This document shows, one piece after another, positions 15,366-29,784 of a DNA stretch of 64,000 nt; within the stretch, counting starts at the first letter, position 1, and every line of letters starts with the position of its first letter. Both the position numbers and the translations under genes were made by a program. The stretch is from the human T2T-CHM13v2.0 reference genome, Homo sapiens. The notes below the pieces were generated by a model, which saw only the letters and a program-made list of their open reading frames with translations, did no database searches and was not told the origin of the DNA. The stretch is from the NCBI RefSeq assembly GCF_009914755.1, contig NC_060947.1. The stretch is one strand, 5' to 3'.

Positions 15366-15990
15366 TGTGATAAACAGACCTTCTAGGAATGGCCCACAAG
15401 ATTCTACACCGCAAATCCCCAGAAATTATCAATGTGATGACATATCACTCCCATAACTGTGTTATGTAATATGGCACAGTTGATCTTAAACTCAAGAGAT
15501 AATCAGGAGGAGATGAGAGGGAGAGGGACCTAATCTAATCACATGAATCCTTAAAAACAGAAAAATGTCTCCAGCTGGTAGCAGGTGGCAGCAGAATTAG
15601 CAAGCAAAAAGCTAGGTCAGAGAGCTTCAAAGCTTGAGAGAGACTTGATGTGCTGTTGCTGGATTTGAAGATGGAGGGCATCACGTGAGAAGAAATGAAG
15701 ACACCTGAAAAGAACTAGGAGGGGGTCTTGGCCAATAGTGAGTGAGAAAGAAGGACCTCTAACCGATTATCATAAAGAACTGAATTCTGCCAACAACCTG
15801 AATGAGCTTAGGAATGGATTTTTCTACAGTCTCCAGAAAGGAACCTAGTCCTACTAACATCTTGACTTTGACCTTGTGATAGCCCGAGAAGGGTCCAGCA
15901 AGGCCCACCGGACTCCGAACCTACAGAACTGTAAAATAACAAATTTGGGTTGTTTTAAGCTGCAAACTTTGTGGTCATTTGCAAAAGAAA
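15366..15990 (+). mobile_element. MLT1 (ERVL-MaLR) LTR, MLT1E-like
   Basis: tgctggatttgaagatggagg, aactgaattctgccaacaacctgaatgagctt, cctacagaactgt...gttgttttaagctgc motifs. Confidence 0.75.
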
Positions 15991-16734
15991 ACATATTAAG
16001 TTTTGATAATAAAAAGAATACCTTAGTAATCTCAAAGTGCCCCCCATTAAATTAGTTATTAGTTACAATGGAATAAATCATAACTTTAGACTGGGTTTAC
16101 CTAGCAAACACAACCATAACCAAACAACCTAAGTTAACATCACCAGTAAAGGGGCAAATCACATCATGTGCCATGTAACAGGATGCATGGAGAACAGAAC
16201 ACCACTTTATGTAGTATTCCTGCCAAAAATGTATAACCTGAATCTAACCATAACTAAACAGATAATCCTGAGGGCCATTTCACAAAGTAACACACCTGTA
16301 CATTTCAAAAAAAGTCATAGTCCCAAAAGGCAGACAAACTGCTTCAGATTTTTAAAAAACCAAAGAAACAGGACTACTAAATCTTGAACTGGATCCTGAA
16401 TTTAAGGGGGAAAAACTTATCTGTGAACACTACTGGGGTAATTGATGAAATAAGAATAGGGACTGTGGCTTAAATAACTTTATGTTATTTAGTTTACCTA
16501 CCTATTTAGCTTTCCCATTCTTATTCATTACTTCCTGTATTTTGGTGTTGCCATTTCAAATTATTTTCTTTCTCATTTCAGAAAACTTGTAATTTCCTCT
16601 AGTGTAGTTATTCACTCCAGTGTAGGTCTGTTGACATCAAGTTCTCACTTTTTGTTTGCCCAGATATGGCCTTATTCCACCCTTCATTTATGAAGGATGT
16701 TTTCACTGAATATACAGTTCTATGCTGGCAATTA

Positions 16735-17068
16735 CAATCACATGCTGCATAAAGACATTTCACTCAATGACTGACCACATATACATCGGTGGTCCCATAA
16801 GATTATAATACTGTATTTTTACTGTACCTTTTCTATGTTTCCATGTGTTTAGACACACAAATATTTACCATTGTGTTCCGATTACCTACCGTATTCAGTA
16901 CAAGAACACGCTGCACAGGTTTGTAGCCTATGAGCAACAGGCTATAACATATAGCCTAGGTGTGTAGTAGCCTATGTAAGGACACTCCATAATGTTTGCA
17001 CAATGACAAAATCACCCAACAATGCTTTCTCAAAAAAACCTATCCCATAGTTAAGTGATGCATGACTG
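16735..17068. mobile_element. Tigger3a/MER7-like DNA transposon relic
   Basis: ggtggtcccataagattataatactgta motif and terminal ttaagtgatgcatgactg. Confidence 0.78.
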
Positions 17069-17554
17069 CACTTTTCTTTGACATTTTAAAGAAATAATTT
17101 CATTGTCATCTGCCTTCTATCATTTCTGTTGTTAAGTGAGCTGCCAGTGTTACTGTTATTCCTTTGAAAATAATGTATTTTTTTCCTCTGGCTACTTAAG
17201 ATATTTTTCTCTCGGTTTATGTTCTTTAGGAGTTTGGTTATGACATGCCTAGCTGTAGTTTTCTTTATATTTATCCTGTTCAGGGTTCACAAAACTTCTT
17301 GAATCTCTAGTCTGATGTTTTTCATCACTTTTTAAAAAATGCTCAGCCCGTATCTCTCCAAATAGGACTTTTAACCAAGTCTCTTTATTCCTTCTAGAAC
17401 TCTAATTACACATATGGTTGAACTTTTCACTATAACTCTCTTATACTTTTTTTGTACATATTGTGTGTGTCTGTGTGCATGTGTATTGTAGTTACCCTTG
17501 AAAACCTGAAAATGCTAACTGTCACATGATACAAAATGTTTTTTAAAAAAGGGA

Positions 17555-17845
17555 ACCAGGTACAATGGCTCATGCTTATAATTTCAGCTACTCAGGAGGC
17601 TGAGGCAGGAGAATCATTTGAGGCCAGGAAGTCCAAGACCAGTCTGGACAACATAGCAAGACCATGTCTCTAAAAATTTTTTTTTTTTTTTTTAAATTAA
17701 CCAGGCATGGTGGCACACACCTGTAATCCCAGCTACCGGGAGGGTGAGGTGAGAAGATTGCTTAAGCCCAAGAAGTCTGAGGCTGCAGTGAGCTATGATT
17801 ACACCACTACACTCCAGTCTGGGTGACAAAGCAAGACCTCGTCTC

Positions 17846-17866
<21 letters not shown>
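17555..17866 (+). mobile_element. AluJ
   Basis: Dimer with T-rich linker and A tail. Confidence 0.88.

Positions 17867-17899
<33 letters not shown>
17866..17899. repeat. (TA)n microsatellite at Alu tail
   Basis: About 17 AT units after poly(A). Confidence 0.95.
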
Positions 17900-17901
<2 letters not shown>

Positions 17902-18019
17902 TTTTAAAAGAGAGAGACAGGGAGGTAGAGAGGAGGTGTTAAGTGGTTTTATTTTAAAAAATAAATACACCAAATCTACTCAGGGATATTATCAAACAAC
18001 ATAAAAATTTAACTCTTAT

Positions 18020-18310
<291 letters not shown>

Positions 18311-18680
18311 TTAACTCCTAATACATGAATGATTGCTAGGACAAAACATTCCTATACTACTCCTGCCTCTTCTAATACTATTTTTTCACAGTCAACATTC
18401 ACTAGCCATTCTATAACACATTTCCATTACATATAAAACCATAAATGCTTCCTTTTCTAAGCTTTCTATAGTCATACTTACCAAAATTAAAATCTCCTGT
18501 ATCAGATATAGCTAAGATACATAATAGGGGCTTCTATAAAGCTTGCTAATCTGTCATTTTCCACAAACTGAAATCTCTTTTAAAAGCTGCTCTCTGAATA
18601 AAATAAATGGTTACCTCCATAAGTGTAAAAAAAAAATAGAAAAAAGACTAGAAGGTATAGCACATTCTTTTTCAATTTAC

Positions 18681-18793
18681 CTGTGTTTTGATTCATTGCA
18701 AGTCGTGGAGGAGAACTTGTTTCTTCAGATTCTTCTGATGAGTGTGCAAGGAAGTCATGAAGCTTCTGCACCAATGTATTCAACTTGCTTTCA
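18681..18793 (-). CDS. ATRX: ATRX coding exon 2 (113 nt, about c.21-133)
   Basis: Minus strand ttttaatag|TGAAAGCAAGTTG...AACACAG|gtaaat; translation ESKLNTLVQKLHDFLAHSSEESEETSSPPRLAMNQNT matches ATRX residues ~8-44 (seen in ORF 18580..18783). Confidence 0.97.
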
Positions 18794-18984
18794 CTATTAA
18801 AACAAAATTTAAAGAATTCCCTTAATTAGCCTTTCATGTTTTAAATTAATTGTAAAGCTCTAGCAAACTGAAAATATAGCCATACTGTAAGTCGTGTAAG
18901 AGTATGCACATTCAAAGTAAAAACTAAGGGAAATGTTACAGTTGTGGGTGTAGAAAGAAAAAATATTAAAGAAAACGAATTTTA

Positions 18985-19169
18985 GGCCAGGTGTGGTGGC
19001 TCATAATAGAGCATGGGTGGCTCATGCCTGTGGTCTCAGCTACTCAGGAGGCTGAGGTGGGAGGATGGCTTGAGCCTTGTGAGGCAGAGGTTGCAGTGAG
19101 CCAAGATCATGCCACTGCACTCTAGCCAAGGCAACAGTCAGACCCTGTCTCAAAAAAAAAAAAAAAAAA
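18985..19169 (+). mobile_element. Internally deleted Alu (J-like)
   Basis: 5' start joined to right arm and A tail. Confidence 0.8.
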
Positions 19170-19909
19170 GAATTCTATTTCACTAAGAATATAAAAATAT
19201 GAGTAACACAACCTACCTGTACACTTACCTAGGATTAAAATATCATTTAAGGAAACTGCTGATATTACTTACTAAACATTTCGAAAATACTGAGGTCTTT
19301 CAATGTACTCTATATGATGTGTTTAAACAGAAGTTAAACTTCATGTTACTTAAAAATGTATCAGAAAATACTACCCTTAAGTTAATTCTTAAGAAACAAT
19401 AAACCTACCTACCACAAAAGAATTTTAAAAGAAATCAAAAGAAAATTTGGGGGATTAAACAGCAAAAAGGTATTCATATTTAAATTATATCCATTGCTAT
19501 TTCACAACAAATAGCTGACCCTTGTACTTATCTTGTCATATTATCATTAGGCACCTAAGTTATTATTTCCTCTCACTTATATATAGCTTATATTTGGGAA
19601 ATCCTTAGAAATCAAAACATAGATGTAGATTATCACTTCAAGAAAGATTTATACTAGCCAACACCCAGAAAAAGAGAGGGCAAGATTTTCCTTTCCATCA
19701 TTTAAAAAAATAATTCAGTAATTTATCGAATATATTTACTGAACACTTACTCTCTGAAAGCCCTAAGCAGTGTTTTGGTTTATTATTCCATCCTCTGCTT
19801 GACATAGAAGAACTGTCTAACTGACTGGCATAAAGATGAACAAAAAATACAACAGGACTTGCAAGAGCTCCATCGCCCAGGGAAATATTTCATTAACTAA
19901 GTTTTATAG

Positions 19910-20223
<314 letters not shown>

Positions 20224-20322
20224 TATAGCATCAACTCTTAAGTTATATAATAGATGTATCTGTAATTCAACAGGGTTTTAAGGAGTTAAAACTTTAAATA
20301 AGGAAAGTATAAGTTTACCCCA

Positions 20323-20648
20323 TTTTTTTTCCTTAGAGTTAGCCTCTTGCTCTGTCACACAGGCTTGAGCACAGTGGCGTGACCTTGACTCACTGAGGTC
20401 TCAAAACTCTTGGGCTAAAGCAATCCTCCCGCCTCAGCATCTTGAGTACCTGTGGCACACACCTATGTTCTTAGTTGAGGAAGTGCAGCACACAACTATA
20501 CTCTTAGCTAAATTTTTTCTTTAATTTTTTGTAGAGATGGGGTCCAGTTATGTTGCCCAGGATGGTCTGAAACTCCTGGCCTCAAGAAATCCTCCACCTC
20601 AGCCTCCCAAAGCACTGGGATGACAAGTGTGAGCCACCATGCCCAGCC
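20323..20648 (-). mobile_element. AluJ
   Basis: Diverged reverse dimer; TSD ccccattttt. Confidence 0.82.
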
Positions 20649-20997
20649 CCATTTTTAATAAAAGTCAAAACTTTTGCATGTCAAAGGGCACCATCAAGAA
20701 AGTGAAAACACAGCAAACACAATGAGAGAAAACGATTTTCAAATCCTGTATCTCATGAGGGTCTGGTAACCAGAATACATAAAGACTTCTTACAATTAAA
20801 CAACAAAAAGACAACCCTATTTTTTAAATGGGGAAAAGACTTAGATATACACTTCTCAAAAGAATATATACCAATGGCCAATAAGCACATGAAAAAATGC
20901 TCAAGATCATTAGTCATATCAGGGAAATGCAAATCAAAACCACAACAAGAAACCAATTTATACTAAGTAGGATGGATATAATAATTTTAAAAACAAA

Positions 20998-23900
20998 TTA
21001 AAGACATACATAGGTTCAAAATAAAGGGATGGAGAAACATTTACCAAGCAAATGGAAAGCAAAAAAAACCAGGGGCTGCAATCCTAGTCTCTGATAAAAC
21101 AGACTTTAAACCAACAAAGATCAAAACAGACAAAGAAGGGTGTTACATAATGGTAAAGGGATCAAAGCAACGAGAAGAGCTAACTATCCTAAATATATAT
21201 GTACCCAATACGGGAGCACCCAGAACATAAAGCAAGTTCTTAGAGACCTACAAAGAGACTTAGACTCTCACACAATAATAGTGGGAGATTTTAATAACCC
21301 ACTGTCAATATTAGACAGACCGACAAGACGGAAAATTAACAAGGATATACAACACTTGAACTCAGCTCTGGACCAAGCAGACCTAACAGACATCTACAGA
21401 ACTCTTGACCCCAAAGCAACAGAATATACATTCTTCTCAGCACCTCATCGTGCTTATTCTAAAACTGACCATATAATTAGAAGTAAAACACTCCTAAGCA
21501 AATGAAAAAGAACGGAAATCATAACAGTCTCTCAGACTATAATGCAATCAAATTAGAACTCAGGATTAAGAAACTCATTCAAAACCGCACAACTACATGG
21601 AAACTGAACAACCTGCCCCTGAATGACTACTAGGTAAACAAAGAAATTAAGGCAGAAATAAAGAAGTTCTTTGAAACCAATGAGAACAAAGAGACAACAT
21701 ACCAGAATTTCTGGGACAAATTTAAAGCAGTGTGTACAGGGAAATTTATAGCACTAAATGCCCACAAGAGAAAGCAGGAAATATCTAAAGTCAACACCCT
21801 AACATCATAATTAAAACAACTAGAGAAGGAAGAGCAAACAACTTCAAAAGCTAGGAGAAGACAAGAAATAACTAAGATCAGAGAAGAACTCAAAGAGATA
21901 GAGACAGGAAAAACCCTTCAAACTATCAGTGAATTCAGGAGGTGTTTTTTTGAGAAGATCAACAAAACAGACCACTATCCGGACTAATAAAGAACAAAAG
22001 AGAGAAGAATCAAATAGATGCAATAAAAAATGATAAAGGGGATATCACCACTGATCCCACAAAAATACAAACTACCATCAGAGAATACTATAAGCACCTC
22101 TATGCAAACAAACTAGAAAATCTAGAGGAAATGGATAAATGCCTGGACACATACACCCTCCGAAGACTAAACAAGGAAGAAGTCGAATCCCTGAATAAAC
22201 CAATAAAAAGTTCTGAAGTTGAGGCAGTAACTAATAGCCTACCGATCAAAATAAGTCCAGGACCAGACAGATTCAAAGCTGAATTCTACCAGAGGTACAA
22301 AGAGGAGCTGGTACCATTCCTTCTGAAACTATTCCAAAAAATAGAAAACGAGGGAATCCTCCCTAACTCATTTTATGAGGCCAGCATCATCCTGATACCA
22401 AAACCTGGCAGAGACACAACAAATAAAGAAAATTTCAGGCCAATATCCCTGATGAACATCGATGCAAAAATCCTCAATAAAATACTGGCAAGCCGAATCC
22501 AGCAGCACATCAAAAAGCTTATCCACCACGATCAAGTCGGCTTCATCCCTGTGATACACAGCTGGTTCAACATACGCAAATCAATAAACATAATCCATCA
22601 CATAAACAGAACCAATGACAAAAACCACATGATTATCTCAATAGATGCAGAAAAGGACTTCAATAAAATTCAACACTCCTTCACGCTAAAAACTCTCAAT
22701 AAACTGGGTACCGATGAAACGTATCTCAAAATAATAAGAGCTATTTATGACAAACCCACAGCCAACATCATACTGAATGGGCAAAAACTGGAAGCATTCC
22801 CTTTGAAACCCGGTACAAGACAAGGATGCCCACTCTCACCACTCCTATTCAACACAGTATTGTAAGTTCTGGCCAGGGCATTTAGGCAACAGAAAGAAAT
22901 AAAGGGTATTCAATCCGGAAAAGAGGAAGTCAAATTCTCTGTCTGCAGATGAAATGATTGCATATTTAGAAAACCCCACCATCTCAGCCCAAAATCTCCT
23001 TAAGCTGACAAGCAACTTCAGCGAAGTCTCAGGATACAAAATCAATGTGCAAAAATCACAAGCATTCTTATACAACAATAACAGATAGAGAGCCAAATCA
23101 TGAGTGAATTCCTATTAACAATTGCTACAAAGACAATAAAATACCTAGGAATACAACTTACAAGGGATGTGAAGGACCTCTTCAAGGAGAACTACAAACC
23201 ACTGCTCAAGGAAATAAGAGAGGACTCAAATAAATGGAAAAACATTCCATGCTCATGGATAGGAAGAATCAATATCATGAAAATGGCCATACTGCCCAAA
23301 GTAATGTATACATTCAATGCTATCCCCATCAAGCTACCACTGACTTTCTTCACAGAATTGGAAAAAAAAGCTACTTTAAATTTCATATGGAACCAAAAAA
23401 TACCCCACAGGGCCACGACAATCCTAAGCAAACAGAACAAAGCTGGAGGCATCATGCTACCTGACTTCAAACTATACTACAAGGCTACAGTAACCAAAAC
23501 AGCATGGTACTGGTACCAAAACAGAGATATAGAACAATGGAACAGAACCGAGGCCTCAGAAATAACACCACATATCTACAACCATCTGATCTTTGACAAA
23601 CCTGACAAAAACAAGCAATGGAGAAAGGACTCCCTATTTAATAAATGGTGTTTGGAAAACTGGCTAGCCATATGCAGAAAACTGAAGCTGGACTCCTTCC
23701 TTACACATTATATAAAAATTAACTCAAGATGGATTAAAGACTTAAACATAAGACCTAAAACCATAAAAACCCTAGAAGAAAACCTAGGCAAACCACCATT
23801 CAGGACATAGGCATGGGCAAAGACTTCATGACTAAAACACCAAAAGCAATGACAACAAAAGCCAAAATTGACAAATGGGATCTAACTAAACTAAAGACCT

Positions 23901-24826
23901 TCTGCACAGCAAAAAAAAAATATATATATATATCTCATCAGAGTGAACAGGCAACCTACAGAATGGGAGAACTTTTTTGTGATCTATCCATCTGACAAAG
24001 GGCTAATATCCAGAATCTACAAAGAACTTAAACAAATTTACAAGAAAAAAGCAAACAACCCTAACAAAAAGTGGGCAAAGGATATGAACAGACATTTCTC
24101 AAAAGAAGACATTTATGTGGCCAACAAACATATGAAAAAAAACTCATCATCACTGGTCATTAGAGAAATGCAAATAAAAACCACAATGAGATACCACCTC
24201 ACGCCGGTTAGAATGGCGAACATTAAAAAGTCAGGGAACAACACATGCTGGAGAGGATGTGGAGAAATAGGAACAATTTTACACTGTTGATGGGAGGGTA
24301 AATTAGTTCAACCATCGTGGCAGACAGTGTGGCGATTCCTCAAGGATCTAGAACTAGAAATACCATTTGACCCAGCCATCCCATTACTGGGTATATACCC
24401 AAAGGATTATAAATCATTCTACTATAAAGACACATGCACACATGTTTACTGCAGCACTATTCACAATAGCAAAGACTTGGAACTAACCCAAATGCCCATC
24501 AGTGATAGACTGGATAAAGAAAATGTGGCACATATACCCCATGGAATACTATGCAGCCATAAAAAAGGATGCGTTTATGTCCTTTGCAGGGACATGGATG
24601 GAGCTGGAAACCATCATTCTCAGCAAACTAACACAAGAACAGAAAACCAAATACTGCATGTTCTCACTCATAAGTGGGAGTTGAACAATGAGAACACATG
24701 GACACAGGGAGGGGAACATCACACACTGGGGCCTGTTAGGGGTTGGGGGAGGGATAGCATTAGGAGAAATACGTAATGTAGATGACGGGTTGATGGGTGC
24801 AGCAAACCACCATGGCACGTGTATAG
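20998..24826 (+). mobile_element. 5'-truncated L1PA7-like element (ORF2 pseudogene and 3'UTR), lacking poly(A) tail
   Basis: ORF2 fragments (EN IIVGDFN, RT region 22131-22865, 23100-23810) broken by stops and frameshifts; 3'UTR gatgacgggttgatgggtgcagcaaaccacc. Confidence 0.92.
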
Positions 24827-25548
24827 ATATTTACGCAGAAACAGTTACTCAATGACCCAACAATTCTACTTCTAGATATACACATAAGAAAAATGAAAAC
24901 ATTTACTGAACACTTAGTAAGTGTTCCTCTGCACAATTTTCCTGTATTTAGTTAAGAATAGCTCAGTATATTTAGGGAAGGAAAAGAAATGAGATATAAC
25001 AGACACCGTAACTAGAGATCTTGTGTGGGTATTTGTTTTCTTTTGGTGGAGAGGGTTGTTTTACAAAATTTTGAAACAAACTTTGCCTCTAGAATAAAGG
25101 TACCAAGTGGGTATGGTTTCCATATTTGGCCAATAACCATTCTTTCAGATAAGAGTCAGATGTACAAAAAAATTTATCATCAGGTCACTGTGTCCTTAAT
25201 CGTGCTCAGATAGAAAATGAGACCTGAGGAAATGATGCTACATGTCAACTCACAGCACCCAAAATTCCTGAGAACCAAAAGTCAAAAAGAGGAATAAATA
25301 ATGTCATACTATATCTTATCTCATCAATAGATCACCATAGAAAAGTTCTCTAGAAATGAAACGATAGCAAACCTGCACAATTATGACTGCCACACTCATT
25401 CCCAAATCATAGCAATCAAATTGCAAAGTCAGCTATTTAATGAGTTCACACTGTGGGTGACCAAGGTTAAAAATATGGATAACATCAGTGCAGTCCATCA
25501 ACCGCAGTACCACAGTACAAAAATAAAATCAAGAGAGTATGATCAGCA

Positions 25549-25849
25549 GGCCAGGCACGGTAGCTCACACCTGTAACCCCGGCACTTTGGGAGCTAGACA
25601 GGCAGATCACTTGAGGTCAGGAGTTCCAGACCAGCCTGGCCAACATGGTGAAACCCCGTCTCCCCTAGAAACACAAAATTAGCCGGGCCTGGTGGTGCAT
25701 GCCTGTAATCCCAGCTACTTGGGAGGCTGAGGCAGGAGAATCACTTGAGCCGGGAGGGAGAGACTGCAGTGAGCCAAGATCGCGCCACTGCACTCCGGCC
25801 TAGACAACAGAGCAAAACTCCATCTCAAATAAATAAATAAACAAATAAA
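25549..25849 (+). mobile_element. AluS
   Basis: Dimer. Confidence 0.9.
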
Positions 25850-25947
25850 GAGAATGGACAGAAGTCCAACAGTGGAAAAAAAAGAAAAAAAAACAGATAA
25901 CTAAACAATGCTGCCTACTCATTTGAAAAAGAAAAAAAAAACTTCAC

Positions 25948-26081
25948 TTTTTTTTTTCCTTTGGAGAGAGGGAGTCTCACTATGTTGACCAAGCTGGTCT
26001 TCAAATTCTGGCCTCAAACAACCCTACTGCCTCAGCCTCCCAAACTGCTGGGATTACAGGAGTGAGCTACCGTGCCCAGCC
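25948..26081 (-). mobile_element. Alu monomer (FLAM)
   Basis: Reverse left-arm sequence. Confidence 0.8.
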
Positions 26082-26701
26082 CAAAAATATCTTCACATCC
26101 TCAGGATGGGTATGATTTTTGGAAATAGCCAGTTTTCACTTAGAGTCAAATATGGTGAAAAATGCAAAATGATCAAGTTGGGTAAAACTAATTTTTTGCC
26201 CAAATCTGAAGTAATCCTGAAGATTTATTTACTTGCATGACTTCTAAACTGGTTACAAAATGAGAGTTCCCAACATATCATCAGGAATGACACCACTGTT
26301 ATGTATATGGGCTCCCAAAGTGACTACTTAGAAGGAAAGCATACATTTGTGTCTATAAGTTCTGACATTGATTTTAAAAATCTACATCATTTCTAGAGTC
26401 ATATCATAGAGATGATCCCTGGAAATGTGTATGTCCTATCTTTGGAAATGATGTTTCAAACACACCAAACCAAGTATCTGAAAGGCAGCACTCATTAATC
26501 CTTTTTATATATTGAAAAATATTTTCTTAAGGCAAAAGAGCACACATTTACTTATGCTAAACTTTTTATTAAATCCAGACATGGTTGTTACTCTCTTCCT
26601 CCCTCTACAAAAACTTGAAGCTGACTCAACCAGCACTATGTTATACCTCACCATAGAGTCTAGATAAAAGTCCTTAAATACATCTTTTCAGAGTGGTTAA
26701 A

Positions 26702-28181
26702 CCGCATTGCCACAACAATCCTAAGCAAAAAGAACAAAGCTGGAGGCATCACGCTACCTGACTTCAAACTATACTACAAGGCTACAGTAACCAAAACAGC
26801 ATGGTACTGGTACCAAAACAGAGATATAGAACAATGGAACAAAACAGAGCCCTCAGAAATAATACCACACATCTACAACCACCTGATCTTTGACAAACCT
26901 GACAAAAACAAAAAATGGGGAAAGAATTCCCTATTTAACAAATGGTGCTGGGAAAACTGGCTAGCCATATGGAGAAAGCTGAAACTGGATCCCTTCCTTA
27001 CACCTTACACAAAAATTAATTCAAGATGGATTAAAGACTTAAGCGTCAGACCTAAAACCATAAAAACCCTAGAAGAAAACCTAGGCAATACCATTCAGGA
27101 CATAGGCATGGGCAAGGACTTCATGTCTAAAACACCAAAAGCAATGGCAACAAAAGCCAAAATTGACAAATGGGATCTAATTAAACTCAAGAGCTTCTGC
27201 ACAGCAAAAGAAACTACCATCAGAGTGAACAGGCAAACTACAGAATGGGAGAAAATTTTTGCAATCTACTCATCTGACAAAGGGCTAATATCCAGAATCT
27301 ACAAAGAACTTAAACAAATTTACAAGAAAAAAATCAAACAACCCCATCAAAAAGTAGGCAAAGGATATGAACAGACACTTCTCAAAAGAAGACATTTATG
27401 CAGCCAAAGACACATGTAAAAATGCTCATCATCACTGGTCATCAGACAAATGCAAATCAAAACCACAATGAGATACCATCTCATGCCAGTTAGAATGGCG
27501 ATCATTAAAAAGTCAGGAAACAACACATGCTGGAGAGGATGTGGAGAAATAGGAACACTTTTACATTGTTGGTGGGACTGTAAACTAGTTCAACCATTGT
27601 GGAAGACAGTGTGGTGACTCCTCAAGGATCTAGAACTAGAAATACCATTTGACCCAGCCACCCCATTACTGGGTATATACCCAAAGGATTATCAATCATG
27701 CTGCTATAAAGACTCACACACATGTATGTTTATTGCAGCACTATTCACAATAGCAAAGACCTGGAACCAACCCAAATGTCCATCAATGACAGACTGGATT
27801 AAGAAAATGTGGCACATACACACCATGGAATACTATGCAGCCATAAAAAAGGATGAGTTCATGTCCTATATAGGGACATGGATGAAGCTGGAAACCATCA
27901 TTCTCAGCAAACTATCGCAAGGACAAAAAACCAAACACCGCATGTTCTCACTCATAGGTGGGAATTCAACAATGAAAACACTTGGACACAGGAAGGGGAA
28001 CATCACACACCGGGGCCTGTCATGGGGTGGGGGGAGGGGGGAGGGATAGCATTAGTAGATATACCTAATGTAAATGACGAGTTAATGGGTGCAGCACACC
28101 AACATGGCACATGTATGCATATGTAACAAACCTGCACGTTGTGCACATGTACCCTAGAACTTAAAGTGTAATAAAAAAAAA
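26702..28181 (+). mobile_element. 5'-truncated L1PA4/5-like element
   Basis: ORF2 C-terminal fragments, 3'UTR gacgagttaatgggtgcagcacaccaacatgg, A tail. Confidence 0.92.
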
Positions 28182-28479
28182 TCTCCATTAGAGAAAAGTG
28201 GGTTCAGCCTTCAGGCTCACATTCACATAACTACAAAAGGAGCTTGAGGCAGATGGCAGTCTATGAGATCTGATCTGCCTATCTGCAATTGGGTCAAAAA
28301 AATAAATCTAAATCCTGATATTAGCTAACTAAAATAAATGATTAGGTTTCATACCAGTTTTAAATCCTAATGTCACTTAAAAAAAAAAAAAACTATAGGC
28401 CATGATCATTACCATGAATGTTTTACTGCTTTTTTACCGATGAGGAATTGGAAAATTTTTTAAAAAAATAGTGTTTTTT

Positions 28480-29398
28480 TATCCATCTGACAAAGGGCTA
28501 ATATCCAGAATCTACAAAGAACTTAAATTTATAAGAAAAAAACAAATAACCCTATCAAAAAGTGGGCATAGGATATGAATAGACACTTCTCCAAAGAAGA
28601 CATTTACATGGCCAACAAACATGAAAAACAGCTCAGCATCACTGGTCATTAGAGAAATGCAAATCAAAACCACAATGAGATACCATCTCATGCCAATTAG
28701 AATGCCGATCATTAAGAAGTCAGGAAACAACAGATGCTGGAGAGGATGTGGAGAAATAGGAACACTTTTACACTGTTGGTGGGAGGATAAATTCGTTCAA
28801 CCATTGTGGAAGACAGTGTGACGATTCCACAATGATCTAGAATTAGAAATACCATTTGACCCAGCAATCCCATTACTGGGTATATACCCAAAGGATTATA
28901 AATCATTCTACTATAAAGACACATGCACACATATGTTTACTGCAGCACTATTCACAGTAGCAAAGACTTGGAACCAACCCAAATACCTATCAATGGTACA
29001 CTGGATAAAGAAAATGTGGCACCTATACACCACGGAATACTATGCAGCCATAAAAAAAGGATCAGTTCATATATTTTGCAGGGACATGGATGAAGCTGGA
29101 AACCATCACTCTCAGCAAACTAACACAGGAACAGAAAACCAAACACTGCATGTTCTCACTCATAAGTGGGAGTTGAACAATGAGAACATATGGGCACAAG
29201 GAGGGGAACATCACACTGGGGCCTGTTGGGGGGTTGGGGGCAAGGGGAGGGATAGCATTAGAAGAAATACCCAATGGAGATGATAGGTTGATGGGTGCAG
29301 CAAACCACCATGGCACATGTATACTTATGTAAAAAACTTGCACGTTCTGCTCACATATCCCAGAACTTAAAGTATAATAAGAAATAAAAAATACAAAA
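28480..29398 (+). mobile_element. 5'-truncated L1PA7/8-like element
   Basis: ORF2 C-terminus ([27 protein letters not shown]), 3'UTR and A-rich tail. Confidence 0.9.
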
Positions 29399-29647
29399 CT
29401 GAGAGTTTTAAAACAACAGTTTTCTTATAAACCAGAGAAGAAGTCTGAAGAAACAACAGATTATGGCAGAAAAACTCAGACTGTCTACAAATTTACAAAT
29501 GATGCATTGGTTCAACACCAGGAACGGAATGGGAAGGAAAGCACAATGAGAAAAGTGAAAGATGGAAAATTAGCGGTAGAATGTGTTATGTACAATGCCA
29601 CCTCTCCTCGAATCCATAAAAAAGTGTAATAAAAATTCCACTATTAA

Positions 29648-29784
29648 ACCAAGTGTGGTGGCTCATGCCTGTATTCCTAGCAATTTGAGAGGCGGAGATG
29701 GGAGGATCACTTGAGGCCAGGAGTTCAAGACCAGCCTGGTCAACATAGCGAGCCCCCATCTTTATTTAAAAAAAAAAAAAAAAA
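29648..29784 (+). mobile_element. FLAM monomer
   Basis: Single arm with A tail. Confidence 0.82.

Noticed and set aside
21140-23810. Endonuclease/reverse transcriptase ORFs as an active retroelement or novel RT system
   Set aside because: Standard L1 ORF2 broken by stops and frameshifts; the catalytic FADD motif region is mutated and out of frame.
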